This document shows positions 9,559 to 17,973 of a DNA stretch of 64,000 nucleotides, one piece after another; the first letter of the stretch is position 1; each line of letters begins with the position of its first letter. Below the pieces are notes generated by a model, which saw nothing but the letters and a program-made list of their open reading frames with translations, had not been told where the DNA came from and did not search any database. Origin of the DNA: Myxococcota bacterium (GTDB taxonomy: Bacteria > Myxococcota_A > UBA796 > SXON01); the NCBI GenBank assembly GCA_040386535.1, contig JAZKFH010000017.1:151968-215967 (forward strand). Reading direction: 5' to 3'. The position numbers and the translations under genes were made by a program.

Positions 9559-10545
9559 CTATCCGCAGGTGGATTGGATCGTCAGCGCGCCGTGGTTCTC
9601 CACGGGCAGGCTCGACGGCCCATTCGGGGTGTCGATGGAGAGGTCCCAACCGGCGCGGGCGCCGACGCCCTGCAGGGCGATAGCGGTGGGGAGGTCGTAG
9701 GCGTAGGCGTACCAGGTGACACGGGCCGCGCGGGTGCCGAAACAGACGCTGCCGACGAGCGGCTCGTCGGTGCGGACATTGTCGGCGCCCACGTCCTCGT
9801 AGGCGTACAGGGTGTAGACGGCGCCCGACGGAGCGGTCTCGGTGAGGGCCTCGAGCGGCGGCGGCCCGAGCAGGGAGACCGACCAGACGGGGGCGATGGG
9901 TGTGTCGTACGCGGAGAGGGCGTCGGACGCCTCGGCGGGGGCGAGATCGAGGTGCGTGCCCGGCGCGATCGCGACCGTGGAGCCACCGGCGAGCGCGAGC
10001 GTGGGGCTGCCGAAGAGGTTCTCGTCCAACACGACGCTGTCCGTCATCGGCGCCCACTCGGGCTCGCCGCGGTCGTAGCCGCGCGCGAGGTTCCAACCGG
10101 GCGAGGCGCCCTCGGGCGCGTCGTTCCCGACGTACACGAGGCGCTCGGCCGCGAGCCCGACGTACAGGCCCGGCTCGGCGTCGGCGTCCTCGGCGCGCAA
10201 CGTGATGGCGTAGACCACGTGCTCGTCCCAATCGACGCCGCGATCGGCGCGGGGAGGAAGGCGGGGAAGGGTCACGGTCTGCGCGTCCGCGAGGACGGCG
10301 CCCAGCTCGCGGGCGGCGCCCACCCAATACACCCCGTCGGCGCCCGTGCGGTAGGCGCGCAGCTCGTAGAACCCGGCCGCCTCGGGCGCGAAGTGGAGGG
10401 TCAGCTCGGTCTCGGTGACGGTGACCGGCGCAATCTCGTCCTCGAAGGTCGCCTCGCGTAGCGCCGACGGCGCGCTCTCCCCCGGCGTGACGATCGCGGG
10501 CGTGACGGTGGCAGGCGAGGTGCAGGCGAGGAGGAGGTGCATCAT
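9559..10545 (-). CDS. Hypothetical lipoprotein-like protein, first gene of the fliA unit
   Basis: MMHLLLAC short lipobox-like start; ends 4 nt before the fliA start. Confidence 0.65.
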   Translation of the reverse strand: MMHLLLACTSPATVTPAIVTPGESAPSALREATFEDEIAPVTVTETELTLHFAPEAAGFYELRAYRTGADGVYWVGAARELGAVLADAQTVTLPRLPPRADRGVDWDEHVVYAITLRAEDADAEPGLYVGLAAERLVYVGNDAPEGASPGWNLARGYDRGEPEWAPMTDSVVLDENLFGSPTLALAGGSTVAIAPGTHLDLAPAEASDALSAYDTPIAPVWSVSLLGPPPLEALTETAPSGAVYTLYAYEDVGADNVRTDEPLVGSVCFGTRAARVTWYAYAYDLPTAIALQGVGARAGWDLSIDTPNGPSSLPVENHGALTIQSTCG

Positions 10546-10816
10546 GGAGGGCAACACGGGGGGGCTCCGGAGTGGGTGAGCCACAAGCTCGGCCCCAGTA
10601 GCGCCCATCTTGAGTGAAACGTGACGTGCTGATGAATGGTGACGTGGTGACACGGCGCGGTGACAATCGGCCGACAACCCGCTGTGTCACGTGATCGGGG
10701 AACCCCGGGACAAACGCAGACACACCCTTGCCGTGTCAAGAGGAGCGTGTCACACCAACGCATGATGCCCCGTCGCCGGAGGGCGTACGGAGCGTCGGGC
10801 GGGGCGGCCGAGCGAA

Positions 10817-11344
10817 TCAGCGCTCGGGCGGGCAGCTCACCATGGTGCGCATCGCGCAGCTCTCCTGGCACTGCGCCCGTTTCTCCTCGACGTCCGAGTA
10901 GTCGAGGCGGACGAGGCGGGCGTCGACCTGCTCGCACATCGAGACGCGGCCGTCGATCACCGCGCGCCAGCCGCCGTAGTCGACCGTGAGGACCTCGCCG
11001 CTCCAGCACTCGGGGTCCTCGAACGTGACGAAACAGAATTGGCCGTCGTTGGAGGCCCGCTCCGTGGAGCAGCTGACGTCGGCCTCGTCGAAGGTGCGCT
11101 CGGTGCAGAGCACGTACTCGGCCGAGTAGCGGTCGGGGATGCGCTCGACCAGGTCATCGGCGGTGAGCTCGAGGACCTTGGCGAGCTGGCGGCGCGCCGC
11201 ACGTTCGGCCGAGGTGGCGGAGCCGCGCGTGGCGGAGGCCACCACGTCACCGTCGATGGGACAGCCGGGAAGCGGCCCGCGCCAGGTCGCGACGCAGCGC
11301 GCCCCTTCGGCGTAGGCGAGCGAAGTAGCCAGGAAGAGCAACAC
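10817..11344 (-). CDS. Cysteine-rich secreted hypothetical protein
   Basis: Signal peptide ending SLAYA, many Cys; starts just downstream of the PilZ stop. Confidence 0.7.
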   Translation of the reverse strand: MLLFLATSLAYAEGARCVATWRGPLPGCPIDGDVVASATRGSATSAERAARRQLAKVLELTADDLVERIPDRYSAEYVLCTERTFDEADVSCSTERASNDGQFCFVTFEDPECWSGEVLTVDYGGWRAVIDGRVSMCEQVDARLVRLDYSDVEEKRAQCQESCAMRTMVSCPPER

Positions 11345-11347
11345 GGC

Positions 11348-12073
11348 TCACCTCGTGAGGGAGAGTTGGGAGGTGGGGCCCGCGCCGGCGGGCGTGGGGC
11401 TCGCGCCGGAGGGCGGAGTGGCGGCCGCGGCGATGCGCTTGGAGAGCTGCACCAGGTAGGTCGCGAGGCGGAGGCGGTCCCGCAGCGAGATCGCCGCGAT
11501 GCGGGCGCCGACGACGAGGTGGCCGCGCCGGAGGCCGAGGTAGCGCACCTCGATGCCGACGTGCATGGAGGGCTCGCCCGGCAGGACGATCGTGCCGCTG
11601 TCGAGATCACCCACCTTCAGGCCGGTGTCCCAGGAGTCGATGAACGCGAGGCCGCCGACCGACAGGTCGAGCATCGGGAACCCCGCGGACCGCTCCGTGT
11701 CATCCGAGCGGAACGCGAAGCCCTGGAGCACGGGCACCACCACACGCTCGGCGAGGCGGCGGCCGGAGGTGCACTCGACCGCGAAGGGGAACAACGACAC
11801 GATGCGCCCGGCGCCGACCGAGAGCACCTCGGAGTAGAACCGGTAGCGGTCGGAGGGCCCCGCGTACTCGACACAGATCGGGTCACCCGCGCGGATGCTG
11901 GTGGCCTTCGTGTCACACGCGAGCACGACACCGTCGCCCTCGGGATAACACAATGTGCCAGGGAAATCCCCGGCGGCCGAGGTGATGACGACCTCGTTCG
12001 CCGAGCCGACGGCGTAGTAGAGGTGGGCGACGATGTCGGCACCCCTGCCCGGCTGATCCGCGCGCTTGACCAT
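11348..12073 (-). CDS. PilZ-domain protein
   Basis: RRLAER and DLSVGG motifs; start at ATG 12073 (MVKRADQ); paralogous to the next gene. Confidence 0.8.
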   Translation of the reverse strand: MVKRADQPGRGADIVAHLYYAVGSANEVVITSAAGDFPGTLCYPEGDGVVLACDTKATSIRAGDPICVEYAGPSDRYRFYSEVLSVGAGRIVSLFPFAVECTSGRRLAERVVVPVLQGFAFRSDDTERSAGFPMLDLSVGGLAFIDSWDTGLKVGDLDSGTIVLPGEPSMHVGIEVRYLGLRRGHLVVGARIAAISLRDRLRLATYLVQLSKRIAAAATPPSGASPTPAGAGPTSQLSLTR

Positions 12074-12213
12074 GTCTGTGTCCTCTCTCTGTCTGGAAAC
12101 CGCCGTGAACCGCCCGTTACCGTCGCCTCCGCAGGAAGCTTGCGAGGCGTGCGCTCCAGTTCGGATGATTCGGACGGGGACTTGAGCCCTTTCTGGTAGC
12201 CCTTTCTCGTGCC

Positions 12214-12843
12214 TTACAACGTGAGGAGAAAGCGCGCGAGCCGGCCCCGATCCGCCAGGGAGATCGCGGCGTACCGCGCACCCACCAGGCGTTTTCCGTC
12301 CCGAACCGGGAGGTGGCGCACCTCGAGCACCACGCCCATGGGCGCCTGCCCCGGGAGGTACAGGGCGCCACGCATCATGTCGCCGATCTGGACGCGCAGG
12401 TGGTGGGCGTTGACAAAACCAACGCCGCCGTCCGACAGGTCGGACACCACGAACGTCCGCTCGTCGCCGCCGCCCTCGGCCACGAACCACAGGCCGGCGT
12501 CGGGCGCGACGTCCTTGCGCTGGGTGAGCCGCCGATCCGAACACTCGATCGCGTAGGGCAGGCGGATCTGGAGGCGACCGGGCACCACCGACACCACCTC
12601 GGTGTGGAAGCGGTAGTTGTCCCCGGCGCCCGAGTAGTCCACGAACAGCGGCATCCCGGGCATCAACGCCAGGGCGCCGGTGTCACATTGGACGTACACC
12701 TCTTCGCCCTCGGGGTACGCGAAGGTGCCACGGAAGTCGCCGATCGGGGAGCTGACGCGCACCTCGTCCGTGGTGCCCACGGCGAAGAAGACGTGGGCCA
12801 CGATGTCGGTGACGTCGAACAGATACTCGCCTTCTTCTTCCAC
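12214..12843 (-). CDS. PilZ-domain protein
   Basis: RRLTQR and DLSDGG motifs; AGGAGG RBS upstream of the GTG start. Confidence 0.85.
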   Translation of the reverse strand: MEEEGEYLFDVTDIVAHVFFAVGTTDEVRVSSPIGDFRGTFAYPEGEEVYVQCDTGALALMPGMPLFVDYSGAGDNYRFHTEVVSVVPGRLQIRLPYAIECSDRRLTQRKDVAPDAGLWFVAEGGGDERTFVVSDLSDGGVGFVNAHHLRVQIGDMMRGALYLPGQAPMGVVLEVRHLPVRDGKRLVGARYAAISLADRGRLARFLLTL

Positions 12844-12882
12844 GGACCCTCCTGTTTTGTCGAGGGCCGATGGTGGCCCTGT

Positions 12883-14040
12883 CTAGCTGTTGGCGTGCCC
12901 TGCTACGGGCACCTGCGGCGCGGGGATGAGCAGGCGGAAGGTCGTTCCTCCGCCCTCGCGCGCGCCGACGGAGACCTCTCCACCGTGCGCGTTCGCCGCG
13001 AGCTGCACGAGGAACAGGCCGAGCCCGTGCCCGGACGGCCCCCGCTCGCGCCGCGGTCCCAAGCCCGCCCATTTCTCGAACAGATGCTCCTTGATGTCGT
13101 CGGAGACGCCGGGCCCACGATCGTGGACCTCGAATTCGACGCCGAGCGTGGTAGCGCGCCCGGTCACCTCTACCTCGTCATCCCGGCGCGAGTACTTGAC
13201 CGCATTCTGGATCAAATTGAAGAGGCATCGGCGAAGGAGCACGGCGTCCCCCGTGACCTTGGCCCGGGGCTCGACCTTGGGCCGGATCGTGACGCCCTTG
13301 GCACGCGCGGCGGGCTCGACCAACGCCAACGCGCCCTCGAAGATGTCGGTGAGCGGCACGGTGACGACGTGCAGCACCAGCGCGCCATCCTCCAGCTGCT
13401 TGATGCGGAGCATGTCCTGGAGCGTCTCGTGCATGCGCCCGGTGGCCGCGAGGAGCGTGGTGAGCTCCCGTTCGGTGGGCGTGGCGCCCTTGTACTGGAT
13501 GCCCTCCATCATCACGAGGATGCCGCTCAACGCGTTGAGCAGGTCGTGGGTGACGAGCGCGACCAGGTCTTCCTTGAGCTGATCGAGACGCTTGAGCTCC
13601 GCGAGCTGCTCGCGGATGAGGCGGTCCTGCTGGCGGATGAGCGTGAAGCTGCGCAGGCGGAGCAGGAGCTCGCGCTGATCGACGGGCTTGGTGAGAAAAT
13701 CGTCCGCGCCCGCCTCGAGGCCGGCGTTCCGGCTCTCCTGCTCGCCGAGCGCCGTGAGGAGGATCACCGGGAGGTAGCCCGCGTCCGGACGCGCCTTGAT
13801 GCGCCGACAGACCTCGATCCCGTCGAGGCCGGGCATCATCACGTCGAGGATCACGATGTCCGGGTTGTGGGCGGCGAGCGCGTCGAGGCCCTGGAACCCG
13901 TCCTCCGCCAAAACCACGTCGTACCCGCGCTCGAGCCATGCGGACAACAACAACCGATTCCCGGGGTCGTCCTCGATGACGAGCACTGTTGGCCGCCGAT
14001 TGGCGACGAGCCCCGAGAGGACGGTACGTGACGCTTCCAT
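12883..14040 (-). CDS. Hybrid sensor kinase (REC-HisKA-HATPase)
   Basis: IEDD..LDVMMPGLDG..KP receiver; H-box THDLLNAL; NLIQNAVKYS, DRGPG, GHGLGL. Confidence 0.92.
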   Translation of the reverse strand: MEASRTVLSGLVANRRPTVLVIEDDPGNRLLLSAWLERGYDVVLAEDGFQGLDALAAHNPDIVILDVMMPGLDGIEVCRRIKARPDAGYLPVILLTALGEQESRNAGLEAGADDFLTKPVDQRELLLRLRSFTLIRQQDRLIREQLAELKRLDQLKEDLVALVTHDLLNALSGILVMMEGIQYKGATPTERELTTLLAATGRMHETLQDMLRIKQLEDGALVLHVVTVPLTDIFEGALALVEPAARAKGVTIRPKVEPRAKVTGDAVLLRRCLFNLIQNAVKYSRRDDEVEVTGRATTLGVEFEVHDRGPGVSDDIKEHLFEKWAGLGPRRERGPSGHGLGLFLVQLAANAHGGEVSVGAREGGGTTFRLLIPAPQVPVAGHANS

Positions 14041-14101
14041 GTGTTGCTCCCTGCTACGATCTGCTCGTATACCACATCCAGGGAAGATGGACGGTTGGCC
14101 G

Positions 14102-14776
14102 TCAGGGATGCACGGCTGAGCCTGACACCTCTACGATAGGCTGCACGTGGAGATCCGACGCGCCACGGACATGGCACACCTCGCGACGGCGGCCCTCCCG
14201 GCGCAACGCCATCACGTCCTCTCCGTGGCGCACGGTGAGGCTCTCCCGCAACAGGTGGCCGCCGCGCCGCACCTCGCGCACCTCGGCGGTGTCACCGGGG
14301 ACGAGCATCACGAGGGCGCCGATCCGGGGGTTTCCCTCGACGAGCACCACGCTCGCGGACGAGGGGTCGGTCGTGCCGAGCCCGGTCGCCTCGACCCGCA
14401 GGCCCTCGCCGCTCGTCCAGTCGACATCGCCCACGTTGGTGCAGCTGGCCATCCCGCGCAGCTCGGTGGAGGACGTGACGCCGCCGTGGCCGAGCGCGAC
14501 GCGGTGGATCCACACCCGCGGCCGCTCGTCGATCGAGTCATGCACACTCGCGGAGACGACGGATGCCTGCCCCGCGTCCACCTCGTAGTGGGTCAGCTGC
14601 GCCTCGGCGCCCATGGCGTCGGGGATGGTGACCAGGCCGCCCTCGGCCAGCCACCCGCCCGGATCGAGGAAGCCGAGCGGCGGGGAATCCCCCGGGAGGC
14701 GCACGGCGGCGAACGGGGCGCCGAGCTCGGCGCCGAGCCCCATCGCCGTCACGGCGAGCAGGAAGATGGTCGGCAT
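14102..14776 (-). CDS. Hypothetical secreted protein
   Basis: Hydrophobic N-terminus; co-oriented within the gene run. Confidence 0.5.
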   Translation of the reverse strand: MPTIFLLAVTAMGLGAELGAPFAAVRLPGDSPPLGFLDPGGWLAEGGLVTIPDAMGAEAQLTHYEVDAGQASVVSASVHDSIDERPRVWIHRVALGHGGVTSSTELRGMASCTNVGDVDWTSGEGLRVEATGLGTTDPSSASVVLVEGNPRIGALVMLVPGDTAEVREVRRGGHLLRESLTVRHGEDVMALRREGRRREVCHVRGASDLHVQPIVEVSGSAVHP

Positions 14777-14806
14777 CGGGGCAGCCTCCGGAATCCGGCA
14801 GGTGGA

Positions 14807-16012
14807 TCAACGGAACAGGGACGGATCCACCGCCGGGAGCCCCGTACCGGGGCGCGCGAACAGATAGCCCTGGAGGAGGTCACACCCGAGCGCCACGAGC
14901 GTGTCGCGCTCGGGCCGGGTCTCGACCCCCTCGCCGATGACGACGATGCCGAGCTGACGGCACAGGTCGACCATCGCGCGGACGAGCGTGGAGCGCATCG
15001 CGTCCCGGTCGATGCCACGGATGAGCGACATGTCGAGCTTCACCACGTCGGGCGAGAGGTTCGCGAGGCTGGTGAGCCCGGCGTAGCCGCACCCGAGGTC
15101 GTCCAGCGCGATCTGGTACCCGGCGTGCCGGAGCCGCGCGATGGCCTCGCCCACGCCGGGCACGCCGTCGAGCCGCGCCCGCTCGGTCACCTCCAACGTG
15201 ACACGGCCGGCGTACTTGAGGAGCGGATCCCGGGCGTCGCACAGCTCGGGATCGAGCACCTCGGCGGGGTGCAGGTTCACGAACAGCCGCTGGCCCGCCG
15301 GGAGCTGGGCGGCGCGCAACGCGGCGTGGGCCCGCACGCGGCGACCGAGATCGGCGATGCGGTTCTGCCGTTCGGCGGCCGCGATGATCGCGAGAGGGTT
15401 GGTCAGGTGGGTGCTGGTCGAGCGCAGGAGCAGCTCGTAGGCGTGCACCGACGTGCTGGACGCGCGCACGATGGGCTGGGCGGAGAGCCACATCTTGTCG
15501 AGGGCGTCGTCCAGGTAGTCGTCCTCCTGGCGCTCCGCGGCTTCCGCGTCGGCGGGCGCGTCGAGGACCTTGCGGCGCATGCGCTGCATCGAACAGAAAT
15601 GGGTGGCTTCGCGCACCTCGGACACGAAACGTTCGTGGGCCACGGGCTTGCAGAGATAACGATGCACGCCGCGTTCGATGGCGCCGATGGCCGACTCCAC
15701 CGTGGGCGAACCGGTGATCAGCACGAACGGCACGTCGGGATCCTCCTCCCGTACCTTCGCCGCGAGCTCGAGCCCGGTCTCGTCGGCAAGCCACAGGTCG
15801 CTCACGATCGCGGAATAGTTGCGCCCTTGTGTCACCAGCGCCTCGGCCTCCGCGCCGGTCGACACCGAGTCGACCTCGAAGTCGGCCCGACGCAGGACAC
15901 GAGAGTACAGGCCTCGGAGTGGCCGGTTGTCCTCGACGACGAGCACGAGTGGAAGAGCCTGATCGGCGCCACGCGGGGCGCCGCGAGAGGAGGAATCGTT
16001 CGGGGTCAACAT
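14807..16012 (-). CDS. REC-EAL c-di-GMP phosphodiesterase
   Basis: Receiver, then QPIV..YELLLR, LFVNL, LEVTER, DDLGCGYAGL, KLDMS, EGVET, QGYLFARP; start uncertain. Confidence 0.9.
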   Translation of the reverse strand: MLTPNDSSSRGAPRGADQALPLVLVVEDNRPLRGLYSRVLRRADFEVDSVSTGAEAEALVTQGRNYSAIVSDLWLADETGLELAAKVREEDPDVPFVLITGSPTVESAIGAIERGVHRYLCKPVAHERFVSEVREATHFCSMQRMRRKVLDAPADAEAAERQEDDYLDDALDKMWLSAQPIVRASSTSVHAYELLLRSTSTHLTNPLAIIAAAERQNRIADLGRRVRAHAALRAAQLPAGQRLFVNLHPAEVLDPELCDARDPLLKYAGRVTLEVTERARLDGVPGVGEAIARLRHAGYQIALDDLGCGYAGLTSLANLSPDVVKLDMSLIRGIDRDAMRSTLVRAMVDLCRQLGIVVIGEGVETRPERDTLVALGCDLLQGYLFARPGTGLPAVDPSLFR

Positions 16013-16036
16013 GTCCCAACCGGGGTGTGTAGGGGA

Positions 16037-16063
16037 GTATCGGCAGGGGCGCGGGGAACTTCG
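16037..16063 (-). promoter_or_regulatory. Candidate sigma28 promoter for the REC-EAL gene
   Basis: Minus-strand CGAAG-N14-GCCGATAC, close to the T(A/C)AAG-N14-GCCGATAA consensus, ~25 nt upstream of the ATG. Confidence 0.5.
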
Positions 16064-16112
16064 CAACGATCTGCTGTACCGGTGTCACTGATGGCCAGAA
16101 CGACGTGAACGC

Positions 16113-17021
16113 TCATGTGCCCGGCGCGCGTGTCACCCGGTCGCGCCCTGCGCTCTTCGAGGTGTACAACGCGCGATCCGCCGCCTGCACCAGGTCGTCG
16201 AGGCCCCACCTTGCCACGCCGTCGAACAGGGCGGACGAGGCCACGCCGAAGCTGGCGGTGACGGGGACGGCGTGCCCGTCCTGGCACAGGCCCAGGTCGA
16301 GCAGGGCGCCGCGCATCCGCTCGGCGACGCGGCAGGCGGCGCCCACGTCGGCGTCCGGGAGGACGACCGCGAACTCCTCGCCGCCGTAACGACAGAAGGC
16401 GTCCGTACCGCGGATGACCGCGCCGACGTGCCGGGCCACCGCTTGGAGCGCGCGATCCCCGAAGGGGTGGCCGAACCGGTCGTTCACCTCCTTGAAGTGG
16501 TCGACGTCGAACAGGATGAGGCAGAAGCAGCCCCCCTCCGCCCGGGTGCGGGACACGGCGGCGGCGAGCTGTTCGTCGAACCACGCCCGGTTCCAGAGGC
16601 CCGTGAGCCCGTCGACCTGCGCGCGGCTCGCCAACAGATCGAGGTACGACTTGGTGCGGAGCGCCGACCGGACCCGCGCGCGCAGCTCCCGCGGCTCGAA
16701 CGGCTTCGTGACGAAGTCGACGGCGCCGAGCTCCAGCGCGCGCACCTTGGTCTCCGTGTCACAACAGGTGGTGAGGAAGATGATGGGGATGGTGGCGGTG
16801 CGGGGATCGGCCTTGAGGCGGTGGCAGGTCTCCAGGCCCCCGATGGGCTCGACATGGATGTCGAGGAGGACCAGATCGCACGGAGCTTCGCGCGCGATGC
16901 GCATGCCCTCGATCGCGCTCCGCGCGTGCACCACCACGACGTCCTCGGGGCCCAGATCCGCCGAGAGGAGGGCGTGGGTCTCCGAGGAGTCGTCGATCAG
17001 CAGCACGGATTGGCTCGTCAC
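16113..17021 (-). CDS. REC-GGDEF diguanylate cyclase (WspR/PleD-like)
   Basis: Receiver; DGLTGLWNR, DVDHFKEVNDRFGH..GD, I-site RGTD, active site GGEEF. Confidence 0.93.
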   Translation of the reverse strand: MTSQSVLLIDDSSETHALLSADLGPEDVVVVHARSAIEGMRIAREAPCDLVLLDIHVEPIGGLETCHRLKADPRTATIPIIFLTTCCDTETKVRALELGAVDFVTKPFEPRELRARVRSALRTKSYLDLLASRAQVDGLTGLWNRAWFDEQLAAAVSRTRAEGGCFCLILFDVDHFKEVNDRFGHPFGDRALQAVARHVGAVIRGTDAFCRYGGEEFAVVLPDADVGAACRVAERMRGALLDLGLCQDGHAVPVTASFGVASSALFDGVARWGLDDLVQAADRALYTSKSAGRDRVTRAPGT

Positions 17022-17209
17022 ATCGGCTCCGGCGAACGGGTGAGGGTCCGCCCATCCCCGTCACGGCTGTGGACGGGCTGGACGAGAGCCCTGCGCCCGG
17101 CTCGAGACAATTCGTGACAAACGCGACCATGGCTTGACACACCCAGGCGGGCTGAATTGGCAGCCCACCGGCAGCCCACTGGAAATCTACGTGACGACCA
17201 AATCAGACT

Positions 17210-17236
17210 GCAAGTTCTCCACCCGGCGTCCGAAAG
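17210..17236 (+). promoter_or_regulatory. Candidate sigma28 promoter for the first che module
   Basis: GCAAG-N14-TCCGAAAG, ~20 nt upstream of the cheW start. Confidence 0.35.
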
Positions 17237-17257
17237 GGGGGGGACACGGATGCGAGG

Positions 17258-17803
17258 ATGATGCACGGACCCGCCACGACCTGGACCCCCGCTCCCGTGG
17301 ACTCGCTCGATCCCTTCGGGCGCACGCCCGACGCCGCGGACATCCTGGCGATTCGTGTCGCGGGACAGCCGCTCGCCCTGCGGATGGCGCAGGTCGGCGG
17401 GGTGCTGGCCCTGTCCGACCATCGCCGCGTGGTGCGCCTCCCCGCGGCCGATCCGGCGCTGCTCGGCGTGGTGGCGATTCGCGGGGTGGTGACGCCCATC
17501 TTCTCTCTCTCCGCCCTCCTCGGCCTGCCCGGGCCGCGCACCCACCTCTGGTTCACGTGGGTGGAGGGGCGCAACCCCGTCGCCTACGCGTTCGACGCGG
17601 TCGACGGGCGGGGCTGGCTCGGCCCTGAGGCGCTCCGCACGGCCGGAACCCCCACCCATCCGCTGCTGGGGGGCGCCGCGCTCTACGCCGGCACCGCCCG
17701 CCCCCTGCTGAACCTCTCCGACGGCATCCTCGCGTGCCGCGCCCGCGCGGCGGCGCTGGACACGACGCGGAGCGACGCGCACCGCGTCCCCTTCGCCGCG
17801 TAG
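17258..17803 (+). CDS. cheW: CheW-like coupling protein
   Basis: LAIRVAGQPLAL...VVRLPAADPALLGVVAIRGVVTPIFSL. Confidence 0.75.
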   Translation: MMHGPATTWTPAPVDSLDPFGRTPDAADILAIRVAGQPLALRMAQVGGVLALSDHRRVVRLPAADPALLGVVAIRGVVTPIFSLSALLGLPGPRTHLWFTWVEGRNPVAYAFDAVDGRGWLGPEALRTAGTPTHPLLGGAALYAGTARPLLNLSDGILACRARAAALDTTRSDAHRVPFAA

Positions 17804-17973
17804 GCGTCAGCAGGAACGATTGCCTCGGCAAGAGGGCCGTTCGTGTTGACCTCGCGGGTTTCTCCGAGCAATTCATCGACGGGGAGGGGTACCATGATCG
17901 CCCACCCCGAGGAGACCATGCGATCACTGCCGCGTCGGATCCGCCTCCCCCACCGTACCGGAGCGGCGTAGCC

